Shown here: piece by piece, positions 63,623 through 64,000 of the stretch | Position numbering within the stretch: the first letter of the stretch is position 1 | How the letters are laid out: each line of letters begins with the position of its first letter | Origin: Mobula hypostoma | Taxonomy: Eukaryota | DNA: 64,000 nucleotides | Assembly (NCBI RefSeq): GCF_963921235.1 | Contig: NC_086097.1 | Coordinates: 253,272,001 to 253,336,000, forward strand | Reading direction: 5' to 3' | Notes under the pieces: model-generated | Seen by the model: only the letters and a program-made list of their open reading frames with translations | Database searches by the model: none | What the model was told of the DNA's origin: nothing | Made by a program: the position numbers and the translations under genes

Positions 63623-64000
63623 TGGGGAGGGCCGATGTCTCTACAAGTGGGGGAGGGGGAAGGGGAGGGTCGATGTCTCTACAAGTGGGGGAGGGGGAAG
63701 GGGAGGGTCGATGTCTTTACAAGTGGGGGAGGGGAAGGGGAAGGTCGATGTCTCTACAAGTGGGGGAGGGGGAAGGGGAGGGTCGATGTCTTTACAAGTG
63801 GGGGAGGGGAAAGGGGAGGGTCGATGTTTCTACAAGTGGGGGAGGGGGAAGGGGAGGGTCGATGTGTCTACAAGTGGGGGAGGGGGAAGGGGAGGGTCGA
63901 TGTTTCGGCAAGTGGGGGAGGGGGAAGGGGAGGGTCGATGTTTCTACAAGTGGGGGAGGGGAAGGGGAGGGTCGATGTTTCTGCAATGGGGAGGGGGAAG
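63623..64000. repeat. G-rich minisatellite, unit 37-38 bp (gtcgatgtctctacaagtgggggagggggaaggggagg), about 10 copies, runs off the window
   Basis: Directly visible. Confidence 0.95.

Overview
Vertebrate genomic DNA, most likely from a cartilaginous fish (inferred from the repeat landscape: CR1, V-SINE, Rex1/Babar, Penelope). It contains one host gene: a two-exon GDF5/6/7-subfamily TGF-beta ligand on the minus strand (exon 1 46157-45815, 26.4-kb phase-1 intron, exon 2 19373-18490; 408 aa; closest to GDF6 with some GDF7-like residues) with a CpG-island promoter. Most of the rest is nested retrotransposon debris plus tandem arrays. The most striking signal is a family of short Penelope-derived inverted-repeat inserts carrying a minimal type I hammerhead ribozyme motif (stem I-CUGANGA-A-stem II-GAAAC-GUC-stem I). 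Two young copies have 13-14 bp target-site duplications, and several motifs lie in sense orientation inside the GDF intron. Also notable: a 3.7-kb hexamer satellite growing out of a LINE 3' tail, an internally deleted Rex1 derivative, and two R4/Dong-like inserts at the same site of the same host repeat. All calls were made by eye without database searches, and most repeat boundaries are approximate.
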